Positions 12,311 to 22,785 are shown, numbered from the stretch's first letter. The stretch: 43,680 nt of DNA from Paramoeba atlantica (GCA_977017575.1 CDRNVI010000031.1:1-43680), one strand, 5' to 3'. Numbers and translations: made by a program. The notes: generated from the sequence alone by a model not told the origin.

Positions 12311-12917
12311 TGGATTGTCATACTCAGTGCACCACCCACAGTTGGTGGTGCAGTTGGCAAGACTTACAGTTTCAGTACAGTTCAGTACAGTTGTGTACGC
12401 TACCGCCTGCATCCTTATTCCGTCAGACGAAACGATAAATCGTGGAAGTAGACGGGGAGCCCTGTGAACCAACGATTAATGTATGGGCCACTTGTTCTGG
12501 GCTATGAAATTTTTTGAGCCGAGCTTTAACTTTTGCTTCGACGGCTCCGCGAATAATTTGAGGCCTCGTCCCTTTTTTACTCAGGCGATTTCGTGCGACA
12601 CGATTCGTACGGCCAGCCAAGTAATATTTGCCCCTTTTCTTGTTTCGTACCAACTCTCAGAAAACAGTGCTGTGGGATTTTTTTATAGAACGGGCAATTT
12701 CTCTGCGTGTCGATCCGCTCTCATGCATCGTCTGAATGTCTTGCCGCTCCTGAAGAGTTAATCTTCGATATTTAGGCATATAAAGTGCGAGTTTTGATTA
12801 GAAAGAAAAGCTACTAATTATGATAAAATATGTACCTCTCGGTGCACTGAGTATGACAATCCTATAAATTGTGGTGCACTGAGTATAACAATTTGGTGCA
12901 CTGACATTGACAATCCA
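12311..12917 (-). mobile_element. Internally deleted IS30-like element with TIRs and candidate 2-bp TSD (CC)
   Basis: HTH N-terminus MPKYRRLTLQERQDIQ...REIARSIKKSHSTVF*ELVRN...HSPEQVA...STIYRFV (12423-12779). TIR TGGATTGTCATACTCAGTGCACC at 12311, with inverted copies at 12841, about 12873 and 12895-12917. CC flanks both ends. Confidence 0.85.
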
Positions 12918-13338
12918 CCATTACCGGGTAATTACCCGACTTACCCTTTCATGTGTGCTCTTTATTCGCATTTCACTTATTTAATCAATGAGTTTTTAAA
13001 ATTTACCAAGAAGTATGCGTGCAAAGCATTTTGAGCCGTGGGATTGAACAACAAAAAGAAGTTGGAGACTTCTTCGCCGTATCATACGTCGTGGTCGGAC
13101 GAACAGTAGAAACTTGTGAATACATAGGCCGCTGACCCGCTGACGACTCCGCCGAGTACGTCGTGTACGCCCGAGAAAACTGCTGTCGGTCCGCTAGCTG
13201 GTCACTAACGTGGTGATAGAATTTATCATTGGGTCGGACATCTTTCTGCATTTTCTCATGTATCAATTCAACATCAACGCGACGCGCACGACAATAATCG
13301 TCACGTAGTGATTGAACAATAGGCCATTATTCGAGCTA

Positions 13339-14142
13339 TTATAGCTCGTCCCATCTCCAGAAAAGTACCTTGATTCCCGGTGTTTGTCTTGCCAGAATGA
13401 TCCACTTGCGAAATATCCCATTGAAGTTTCTTTTTTGCTGTTTCACAAAGGTACGGTCTTGAAAATATTGATTTGCTCGCAATCCAAACTCTGGAGCGTC
13501 GCGCAACTCACGAATAAGATCTCTCGTGCGGAATCCATCATCATCGAATGTCCTAAACCAGGGATCATAGGTGAGGGGCTCGTATGGATCGAGTAAATTT
13601 GGATCAAGCATTATGGGGGTCGCACCCGCCCCAGTCATCCCCTCATCGAAGCCTTGTACACCTCGTACGACATTTCCTGAAATGGTTGAATCAGGCAGTT
13701 GCGAAGACATTCCAGGAGGAATTGGAACTTGGGGTCCGGACATGCCTGCATTTACTCCACCTTGCACTGCAGAAATACCACCCTCGGAACCGGTTCGTGT
13801 CCGTAGATCATTGCGCAACTTCACCAGATGATATTCTAACTCGGGATGCGGGAATGGATACTCTTTTGTTGGCTCATCTTCCCACACCCCCCACAAATAC
13901 AGGCCCTCCTTCCTCAACTTTACATCCACTACCTTCAGCGGCACGTCAGGCTCATCCTTGCGGCGATAGGTAGCCTGCACTCGCATACTCGGCTTCTCGC
14001 CAGGTTTCACCGGAAGGTTCTCCCTCACAACCGTACACAACTGCGTCAGATCATTCGGTGTGAGTGGCCCGGTAGGCGCGGGCTGCTCCGTCACAGGAGA
14101 CGAACCTCTCGAACCTCGCGAGCTACGCGTAGAAGAAGTCAT
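13339..14142 (-). CDS. SL-preceded ORF of unknown function, possibly retroelement ORF1/gag-like; 3' continuation decayed to about 13003
   Basis: Open frame of 267 aa from ATG at 14142. In-frame continuation after stops (13003-13266), and a shifted frame FLEMGRAIIARI suggests a frameshift near 13375. Confidence 0.55.
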   Translation of the reverse strand: MTSSTRSSRGSRGSSPVTEQPAPTGPLTPNDLTQLCTVVRENLPVKPGEKPSMRVQATYRRKDEPDVPLKVVDVKLRKEGLYLWGVWEDEPTKEYPFPHPELEYHLVKLRNDLRTRTGSEGGISAVQGGVNAGMSGPQVPIPPGMSSQLPDSTISGNVVRGVQGFDEGMTGAGATPIMLDPNLLDPYEPLTYDPWFRTFDDDGFRTRDLIRELRDAPEFGLRANQYFQDRTFVKQQKRNFNGIFRKWIILARQTPGIKVLFWRWDEL

Positions 14143-14214
14143 CGTTGCAAGTTCTGATTGCAACTTTCGCGAATAGTCAAAACTTCCTTTCGCGAATAGT
14201 CAATAAGAAAACAC

Positions 14215-14225
14215 GCAACAAGGTA
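14215..14225 (-). other. 3' end of spliced-leader exon (GTACCTTGTTG)
   Basis: 11/11 match to the 3' end of the SL copies at 16610 and 30575. Lies 72 nt upstream of the ATG at 14142 and abuts a transposon end. Confidence 0.6.
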
Positions 14226-14226
14226 C

Positions 14227-15345
14227 CCCCCCCTACTTATGCGCAACCGTTTAACCCGGCCACTTAGGCGCAATTTTGACGCATCGTTCAGAAGAACAGC
14301 GCCGCAAAGCGGCGCGATATTTTTTTTTGTGGTACGAATTTTTGTACCAATTTTCGCCGCTGTTGAAATGGAGAGTCTGCAGGTAGTCCCTTTGGGCGTT
14401 CAAAAATGATCATCGATCTCCAGCGATCTCCTCTGATCCACACTGACCTCCACCGATCTGTACGGCTAGTCTTTGCATACTATACTGTACTGTACATCAG
14501 AGGAACTCTCCTGCCACGTACTGTACGCTTTTGAAATGATCAGCGCACCAGCGTGCGGCACCGCCTAGATGTGAGGCGGGTAAAGATAACGTGGGTAACT
14601 GCACTACAAGTGCATGAAAAATTAAACTTTAATTTATATTTCGGACCCATGCTCTTAAAAGTCCGTTCTTTTCCTACAATTGATCGGGTGCTCGCAAAAA
14701 AGCCACTCACCCCGTGATGTGGTCATTCGCGGGCATAAGTAACCATACAAGTGAAGTACTGTACCTCCTCCCTAGTTATCTCTCACACGTCACCCCCCTA
14801 GTTATCTGCCACTTTTCGGTCCTTCAATTTTTTTTTCGTCAATTACTCCCCCTAGTTATCTGTCACTTTCATAGCTATTGTTTTCCAAAAAAAACTTAAA
14901 ACGAAATTTATCCCCCTACTTATTTGTCACCTTTCCACGAAAAGTTGTGACAGATAACTAGTGGGGTTTATTAGCGTTCCTATTGGGGTTCATTAGCGTT
15001 GCTTTCTAGACTCTTTCTTGCTGCGAAGCTATGGTAAAAATGTACCCTAAACAGCGATTTTTTTGAAAATCTTCCTCAGTAATCCCACAACATCGGCTTA
15101 GCAATTCTTCGGCCCCAGTTTTTGCCCCCCCCCTCCTAGCGTTGCATTTCATCCCAGCAAGGGCACGCTAGGATAGGGGGGATATTATATAAAGCAGCCC
15201 CCAAGGGCACCCCGCGTATATAACTCATGATTGAAGCACGCACCGCGAAGCGGCGCGAAATTTTTTTTTCACCTCTTTTTTTGACCCGGCTACTTATGCG
15301 CAATTTTAGGCCAAAACCTGGTTGCGCTTAAGTGGGGGGGGACAG
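14227..15345. mobile_element. Nested non-autonomous TA-targeting (Tc1/MITE-like) elements
   Basis: CCCCCCCTACTTATGCGCAACC at the left matches the inverse of GGTTGCGCTTAAGTGGGGGGGG at the right. Subterminal CCCCTAGTTATCTG repeats. 15060-15345 is homologous to 24125-24427. Confidence 0.6.
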
Positions 15346-16161
15346 TACAGGTTTACCTCGGAATGAAGAAACGCTAGGATTGGTCGCTCTGAAACGAGCC
15401 AAGCAATTAGCTCTTAGTCATCAGTATCTGTGCCTCGAAGCATTTCTTGTCTCCTATACCAGGGCTCGATACTAGCCGAGCGGCGCTTATGTTTTTCTTG
15501 CCTATCATCACATCACAGTAAGGTACAATCATTTACTCTTCTGCCATAACATCATACATTGTGTATGGCATTACACATCATTACCTACATGGTATCATAC
15601 ATTTGGTATAGCATACATACATTGGTAGCGCATCATACAGTAGTACAAACAGTAGTATACTGTACATACTGTAGCGTATCTGTAGTATACTGTATAGTAG
15701 TCAACATGTGCCAACGAGGCTATCCAATGCTGGTCGTGTATCGCATGGTGATGGACACGATCCCGTGAGGATACCCCTACGACCATTGATGCTCTCCGTC
15801 TAAGTGCTGGTCGTAATCTGTAAACTACATGTGATCCATAATTCTTGTCTCTTATTCCAGAGCTCGATCCTGCGCCTTGTCGTGGCGCTCTGGCTTAACA
15901 CCCGCAAGAGTTAACCAAGACATGTAGAAACACATTTGAACATTTGAAACACATTTGAAAAATGTGTAATGGGGTAATAAGGGAAATAAAATTGAAATAA
16001 ATCGCAACAAAATCTGCGCCGCTTCGCGGCTCCTGTTTTCTCCTACTGACAAATAAGTAGGCGGTGTAAAATTACTACCTTCTCTGAGAACTGACAAATA
16101 AGTAGTGCTTTGTCTTAGTAGGCAGAGCAGTACCTTGAACTAGCACTTGTACTTTAACACC

Positions 16162-16605
16162 ATGCAACGTGTCGTACGCGCGGTTGATGTCCCCTCTCGA
16201 CCCAGTAAGGTACGAAACGCGGTCCTCCCACAAGAATACAATATGTTTCGACTACTGAGTAACGCCAGTTTCGCTGAGGAGTCATGGACCGAGAAAACGC
16301 CTGCTTGTGTGTGGAAGCATGTGGAGTGTAACGATGAGGGAGAAGTGACAAAGACACAATGGACCAGATACGAAAGGGTATACGTGTATATACAGGAAGA
16401 GAAGAGAGTCTCTCTAAAAGGTGCACTGCGATTGATTTTCCTACCCGACACATTGACCTCCTTCGATGCTTCCTTGCAAGAGGTTTTGGAGGGGCACGTA
16501 GACTTGGCGGTTCTACCGGCAGGATTGAAAACGTTTGACATTCGTTCGAATCAGTTCAGCGGAGGTTTGGATTTAACCCATTTGCCGTCTACTCTGGAAG
16601 ATTTT
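16162..16605 (+). pseudogene. LRR subfamily A copy 1, 5' part (interrupted)
   Basis: High identity to intact 20349-21065 up to ...LPSTLEDF, then replaced by the SL-headed insert. Confidence 0.9.
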
Positions 16606-16609
16606 CTTT

Positions 16610-16641
16610 AACGATAAAGATACAGTTTCTGTACCTTGTTG
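16610..16641 (+). other. Spliced-leader exon copy AACGATAAAGATACAGTTTCTGTACCTTGTTG followed by GT
   Basis: Shares the ACAGTTTCTGTAC core, the TTG end and the AACG 5' block with the trypanosomatid SL AACTAACGCTATTATTAGAACAGTTTCTGTACTATATTG. Confidence 0.85.
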
Positions 16642-17427
16642 GTACATTTTGCTAGCCCTTCCTTTCTTTTCCCGGAAACGGGCATATTCTTACTTTTAAA
16701 TGCCCGTTTCCGGCTGACGGCTAGCTGGAACTGTTCCTCTTTGTCGCGGAAGTAGGGGACGCACTTCGCACTCTTCACCCCTCCCCGGCTCGCTCTCTTC
16801 GAGTGAGCTTTCTTCCCTCCCCGGCTCTCTCCTTCTCGTGCTTTCTTCTCCCGGGAGCTATGGCCTCCCTTGAGGACCACTGGGCGTGCTACAGCGGGAG
16901 GACACGTTGTATGCGTGTATAGGGGATGCGAACTTGCACCCCTCTCTCCCTACATGCTGTAGCGAGTGCGGCGGTAACGGACCTCCCCATGATGCATCAT
17001 GATCCACGATAGACCATCTGACAGCATGAACCCACGGCTTGACCGTGTTGCAGCATGAACCATGGCTATACGTGCTGTAGCATGACCGATGGTCACGGTG
17101 GCCTCCCTTGAGGACCACTAGGCGTGTCCTCCGCCGACGAGACTCCCGGCTCTCCGCACCTGGGGGTCGCCCAGCTCTCTGCACCCCGGCTCTGTCGCAG
17201 CTCTCTGCACCCGGATTGCCCCCGAAACTGTAATATGGGGATTACGCATCCGGCTCTCTGCACCTGCACATGACAACCGAGCTCTCTGCACCTGAGACCC
17301 CAGCTCTCTGCACCCGCACACCTCCGGCGAGGGCGAACCCTCACTTGATCCACCCGTCGCATGCGGGCACGGACTTTGTGAGCATAATCTCTGCACTATA
17401 AGTGCATGAACGAACAATGTGCATTGA
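16610..17427 (+). mobile_element. SL-headed non-coding SINE-like unit 1
   Basis: SL, nested hairpins (16650-16725), pyrimidine tract, 28-bp direct repeat (16861 and 17099), about 7 CTCT(C/G)CAC-type motifs, and 3' hairpin TGCACT-ATA-AGTGCA. Confidence 0.7.
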
Positions 17428-18007
17428 AAAGATGCAGTTTCTGTACCTTGTTGGTACTTTTTCCTTAGTTAATCCTTTCTTTCCCCGGCAACGGGCATAC
17501 TCTTACTGTATTTTTATGCCCGTTGCCGGCCGGCACTAAGGTCGGAACTCTCCCTCTTGTCGCTGAAGCAGGGGACGCGCTTTCACCCCTTCACCCCTCC
17601 CCGACTCACTCTCCTGGAGTGAGTGTGCTTCCCCCTCTCGGCTTTTATCGACTCGTCTTTTTCCTCTCCGAGAGGGCCATGCGTCACGGTGGCCTCCCTT
17701 GAGGACCACTAGGCGTGTCCGCCGCCGACGAGACTCGGTTCTCCGCACCTGGGGGTCGCCCAGCTCTCTGCACCTCGGCTCTGTCGCAGCTCTCTGCACC
17801 CGGATTGCCCCCGAAACTGTAATATGGGGATTACGCATCCGGCTCTCTGCACCTGCACATGACAACCGAGCTCTCTGCACCTGGGACGCCAGCTCTCCGC
17901 ACCCGCACACCTCCGGCGAGGACGAAACCTCACATGATCCACCCGTCGTATGCGGGATAAGGACATGGTGAGTAAATCTCTGCACTATAAGTGCATGATA
18001 AAACACA
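17428..18007 (+). mobile_element. SL-headed non-coding SINE-like unit 2
   Basis: Starts AAAGATGCAGTTTCTGTACCTTGTTG|GTAC. Homologous to unit 1 but lacks its 210-bp internal segment; same 3' hairpin at 17981-17995. Confidence 0.7.
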
Positions 18008-18210
18008 CCTTGGTCACAATAGTCTGTGCGGAAAACCTGATCTCACCAAGCTCCCGGAAGAGCTAACATGGGCCATGCTCCTTCACAACCTTTTCGTCAT
18101 ACCTGACTTTATTCCGGAAGGTGTTCGCATCAAGCCATATGTGAGAAAATAGCATCCACCCTGTAGATATAACCCATGCAGTCTGAAGAACCGACGTAAA
18201 AACATTTTTA
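18008..18210 (+). pseudogene. LRR subfamily A copy 1, 3' part
   Basis: ACCTTGGTCACAATAGTC...AAAAACATTTTTA aligns to 20857-21060. About 71 bp of LRR sequence is missing at the insertion site. Confidence 0.9.
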
Positions 18211-18348
18211 TATAAAATGCGGTACTTGGAGTAGGTAGACTGAAGTATTAAAGGAGTACTTCAGTAGTAAAACTACCACTCTATTTTAGAATACGACTTA
18301 ATAAAATTTTCTACTGCGAAATATTACGGAGTATAACACTAGAATCTA

Positions 18349-18460
18349 CAGTGGTGATCAGCATCTTTTACCCCCCCCCGTACACGTCTTTTATTTTGTC
18401 CGATTTCGACCCAATCGTTCCGAATCCGAGTTTCTTTTCACTCGAGCGACCCCCTACCCC
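18349..18460. mobile_element. Tc1-type left end TA|CAGTGGTGATCAGC, second copy at 27627
   Basis: Inserted at GAATC-TA. The paralogous LRR-A2 flank (about 21145) shows the empty site GAATCTAGTTTTC. Confidence 0.75.
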
Positions 18461-18741
18461 CCTTAGCCAGGTACGAGTCAAAAACGCTAATTACTGTAGC
18501 CCCCCGTTTGTAATGGCCTCGATTTTGCCCAAATGAACCTATAAGGGGGTGAGGGGGGGAGCGATGGAAGATTAAAAGTTGGCACAGAAAGTGTCCTACA
18601 TTTTGGAGCGAGAATCCAGGAATTATTCAACCGCTAAGTGGTCCTTGGAGGTCTGCCAAAGTAAAATGTACAGCACCACCCGGCGCCATACCTCGCAGAA
18701 CCATGTGAAAATATCAAAATATTCAATACGGTGCAAGAAAA

Positions 18742-18934
18742 CCCCAGGCATAAAGGGGCGGGGGAGATACAAAGCATCAGGTGTAGCAGATTCCTACTGA
18801 AAAGAAATCGTGTCTCTCTGCACAATAAAATACGCTTGCTTGGAGTCAAAGGCGTACAGAGAGATAGGATTTCTTTTCAGTAGGAATCTGCTACACCTAT
18901 TGCTTCGTATCTCCCTCGCCCCTTTATGCCTGGG
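18742..18934. repeat. Fold-back palindrome with arms of about 68 bp
   Basis: CCCAGGCATAAAGGGGCG...CTACTGAAAAGAAATC pairs with GATTTCTTTTCAGTAG...CGCCCCTTTATGCCTGGG. Confidence 0.85.
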
Positions 18935-19485
18935 TTCTATAAACCCACGAAAAAGTGGTCAGCTGGCCACCACCTGAAAAAGTGGTCGGCAGGCCACCCG
19001 CTGAAAAAGTGGTCAGATCCTCACTCCTCTAGGGGGTGGTCAGCAGGCCACGTTTTTAGGAGTTGAAGATTCATCTTACACATACGAAATGCAAACCGTC
19101 TTTTCGGTGGTCAGCTGACCATTTTTTCGTCAGGCGGCCAGCTGGCCAACTTTTCCACAAGGTGGCCAGCTGGCCAACTTCTTCAGAAGGTGGCCAGCTG
19201 GCCATTTTTTCACGGGTTTGTCAGTTGGCCATAAAAAATAGTGCTTCTTTTTCGTTCATTCGTTATGGCCCCGGCCGCTGAAGCACGTTTTGAAGAAACG
19301 AATAGGCCTCGAACATATTTTAGGAGCTGAAAAGAGTTCCCCAAACTTTGAAACAGTTGTACTTTATGAAATTGGGGATGATAATGAATCATCTTTGCGA
19401 TTTTTTGTTCCACGCTCGCACGCTTGCCGCGTTCCAAGTCACGATTTTAGTAAACAGGTTCTAAAAACTGCGTACTCAACTTGAT
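18868..19485. repeat. About 600-bp dispersed repeat with (C)AGCTGGCCA motifs, second copy at about 23345-23885
   Basis: Colinear high identity, for example GCTTCGTATCTCCCTCGCCCCTTTA and AGGTTCTAAAAACTGCGTACTCA in both copies. Confidence 0.85.
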
Positions 19486-19680
19486 TTTTTTTATTTTTGA
19501 TGCAATACTGAGATTCTGTAATGAAAAATACCTGTGCTTTTAAACTTTTACAGGGTACAGTATAACTTTTTGGGGGGTCAGACAGTAAAGTAGGTCAGAG
19601 GACGTGGAAAAATAGTGTAAAGTAATCTCTAGTATTTCATATTAGTAATCTCTAGTATTTCATATGCCCTTTGGCCTACT

Positions 19681-20040
19681 TCACCAAAAGTAACCGCTTA
19701 CGATAGTTCCGGAAGATATTCTTAAATGTTTCCGGTTGATCTTCTGAAAAAAACGGAAAGTTTCAATGATGGACTCCCGAAGTTGAGTCTGATTTCGGGG
19801 TTTCAGCACATCCTTTATGCGGCGAGACATTGCTGTCCACGCCATTTCAACGGGATTTAAATCAGGGGAGAGAGGGAGCAAGTCAAGACGACGTTTCAGA
19901 TACTTTTTTTATCAATCGAATGGGTGGGGGCGTTGTCCATTCGAAGGATGGCCTTCCGGTGCGAATATTACTTGTCTCGGAAACATTGTTGGGTATACCA
20001 GTGCTTCAAGCTGCGCTGTTTCTTCTTTCCGAGGACCCCT
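19681..20040 (-). pseudogene. Tc1/IS630-like DDE transposase fragment
   Basis: LRMDNAPTHS followed by a frameshifted LPLSPDLNPVEMAW. Confidence 0.8.
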
Positions 20041-20348
20041 TATATAGTACGACGCATGCATAGTACGACGCATGCATGTGTGTGAAATATGGTTTCTCAC
20101 TCAAGGTTGAGAAACCCCACATTGCACGCCAAACAAAGCACGGTACAAGTTGTTTACCACGTGAACTGCATGTAACAAAATGATTTTTAAATCCAAATCA
20201 CGTGCAAAGAGGTTTTAGATTTTAAGAGTAGTATTTATCTCAATAATGTGCAATAGGGTAATAAGCAAAATAAAAGGGTTAGGCGATGATAGTACTTTAT
20301 CTTAGTAGGCAGAGCAGTACTTTGAACTAACACTCGCACTTCAACACC

Positions 20349-21065
20349 ATGCAACGTGCCGTGCGCGCGGTTGATGTCCCCTCTCGACCCAGTAAGGTAC
20401 GAAACGCGGTTCTCCCACAAGAATACAATATGTTTCGACTACTGAGTAACGCCAGTTTCGCTGAGGAGTCATGGACCGAGAAAACGCCCGCTTGTGTGTG
20501 GAAGCATGTGGAGTGTAACGATGAGGGAGAGGTGACAAAGATACAATGGCGCAAATACTTAAGCGCATATACAAAGGAAGAGGAGAGAGTCTCTCTAAAA
20601 GGTTCACTGCGATGGAATTTCCTACCCGACACATTGATCTCCGTCGATGTTTCCTTGCAGGAGGTTTTGGAGGGGCATGTAGACTTGGCGGTACTACCAG
20701 CAGGACTGAAAAAGTTTGACATTCGTACGAATCAGTTCAGCGGAGGTTTGGACTTAACGCATTTGCCGTCTACTCTGGAAGATTTGAGTTTGGGATCCAA
20801 TCGTTTTGAAGGTGAAATTGACCTTACACGCCTCCCCGATACTTTGAAAAGGCTCGACCTTGGTCATAATAGTCTTCGCGGAAAACCTGATCTCACCAAG
20901 CTCCCGGAAGCGCTAACATGGGCCATGCTCCTTCACAACCTTTTCGTCATACCTGACTTTATTCCGGAAGGTGTTCACATCGAGCCATATGTGAGAAAGA
21001 AACATCCACCCTGTGGATATAACCCGTACAGTCTGAAGAACCGACATAAAAACATTTTTAAATAA
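20349..21065 (+). CDS. Leucine-rich repeat protein, subfamily A (intact, 238 aa)
   Basis: N-cap W...CVWKHVEC followed by 23-aa LxxLxLxxNxFxGxxDLTxLP repeats. Confidence 0.9.
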   Translation: MQRAVRAVDVPSRPSKVRNAVLPQEYNMFRLLSNASFAEESWTEKTPACVWKHVECNDEGEVTKIQWRKYLSAYTKEEERVSLKGSLRWNFLPDTLISVDVSLQEVLEGHVDLAVLPAGLKKFDIRTNQFSGGLDLTHLPSTLEDLSLGSNRFEGEIDLTRLPDTLKRLDLGHNSLRGKPDLTKLPEALTWAMLLHNLFVIPDFIPEGVHIEPYVRKKHPPCGYNPYSLKNRHKNIFK

Positions 21066-21799
21066 AATGCGGTACTTGGAGTAGGTAGACTGAAGTAGTA
21101 CTTAATAAACATTTCTCTTGTAAAATGTTACGGAGTATAACACTAGAATCTAGTTTTCTTTGATTTTTATATGATTTACGTGTTAGAGTCGAATATCAAT
21201 CTATGAATAGGTTTAATGGAGTTAAAACTATTCAACACAGTTAAAAGATGTCACAGAGTCTGTCTGTAAGAATTTTGCATAGCCAATACACGCAACGCTA
21301 GATTCTTTCTAGCACTATACATTGTAATATATATTTTTTGGGTTCACCGGCACTATAAATGTAAATTGAAAGCAAAACAAATCGTAAAACCAATTTGGTC
21401 CAAAGGATAATTGATTTTGGTCAAAAAAAGTTGAAAAAGAATTAATAATTTCTTTTTTTTTTAATTTCTAACAGTTGCCTCAAGAATACGACCCGTTGCC
21501 CCTGGAAACTACACCCATAGACCGTGGATTATTTCGCTTTAGGTGGAATTTTGGAAAAGCACGGAAACTTGGTTCAATCTTGTGGGCTTAAAACAGTAAA
21601 CCTCAATTTTTTTGTGGAACTAAAGTTTTTACTAGCGCGCCACAACCACATAAATTAACGTAACTTTAATTAACGTAGCATTAATTAACGTAAACACTTT
21701 TTTCTCCCAGAAATTACGTTAAATAATGTTATTCTTAATTAAAGTTTCACCGATATCCTAACTTTACCAAGTCAACTGGAGAAAATTGGCATTTTTCCA

Positions 21800-22445
21800 A
21801 TACTGAATGAGTTTCATCCACTTGTAGCTCCCGCATTAGCACAACTTATTGATGCTTACACCGATTACCTCGGCGACCGTCTGGACAAGTACACTTGCAA
21901 CCTTGTAGACCAATGTTCACAGTGCAATAACACTAAGTTTCACCTTTAACCTCATAGTTGTGGTCACCATTTTCATCTACCTCATACCTACGAATGTTCA
22001 GCTACGACCCTACCTAAGCATGTAGGTACAGGACCTCTTTGTATCTCTGATTCGCCAACAGAGTCACTCGCACTAGACTACATTTCTCGTCAATATGTTC
22101 GGTCGGTGTAGAGACACGAAGGATGCGTGAAAAATCAACCCAGCTGACAGAAATTTTCCTCTTCGAGATGGAACGGGGTCTGCTAAACGAAGTATAAAGG
22201 GCGGGGGTCCGACACGCGAAGTATAAGGGGGGAGTCATAGCATTCGTAAATCCTCTTAGTTTTCGGGATAGCTTCTCTAAATGTCTACACGCATACGGTC
22301 CGATGCCTCCCCTCGTCCTAATCATACCTGCCACAGGCCTCCAGACAAGGGATGTACCGGTCTGACGCCTGAAAATTGCAGCTTCAAAAATATAGCTTTT
22401 GAAGTTTTTGAAGTACTTGTAGAATTCGGTGGCGTGTTGGCTCAC
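21800..22445 (-). pseudogene. SWIM zinc-finger protein pseudogene
   Basis: YEVKGET*CYCTVNIG, then frameshifted CKCTCPDGRRGNRCKHQ*VVL (CxC-x7-CxH) at 21850-21900. Confidence 0.6.
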
Positions 22446-22785
22446 GTTTTCTGCCCATACTTCTCATCAAATAACAAAGAACACTAACCTCATCGTACTT
22501 CTCCAAAAAACACGAAGCAAATCGTTCTCCCGTCGTTTCCGTTCTCCTTCTTGGCTCTTCTGAAGTGGTACTTTCACCTTCTTCGACAGCGTTTTCCGCT
22601 AAAAGCTTTAGAGTGATCTTCAGGATAATGGCAGTCAATAACCACCGTACTAGTCGCTTCGTTAAACGCAGTGATTTGTTTGAAATGTAAACAAAATTTT
22701 AAATACAAATCGTCAATATTATTTACATTTAGCGAGCAGTGCTTTGGAGAGTAGTACTTTGAACTAACACTCGTATTTCAACACA

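Noticed and set aside
6270-12917. The two IS30 pieces as one element split by nested insertions
   Set aside because: The 12311-12917 piece already has both TIRs, so the catalytic half at 6.3-6.7 kb must belong to a different copy.
16608-18006. ORFs within the SL-headed units
   Set aside because: They arise from the CTCTGCAC repeats, differ in frame between units and have no protein-like features.
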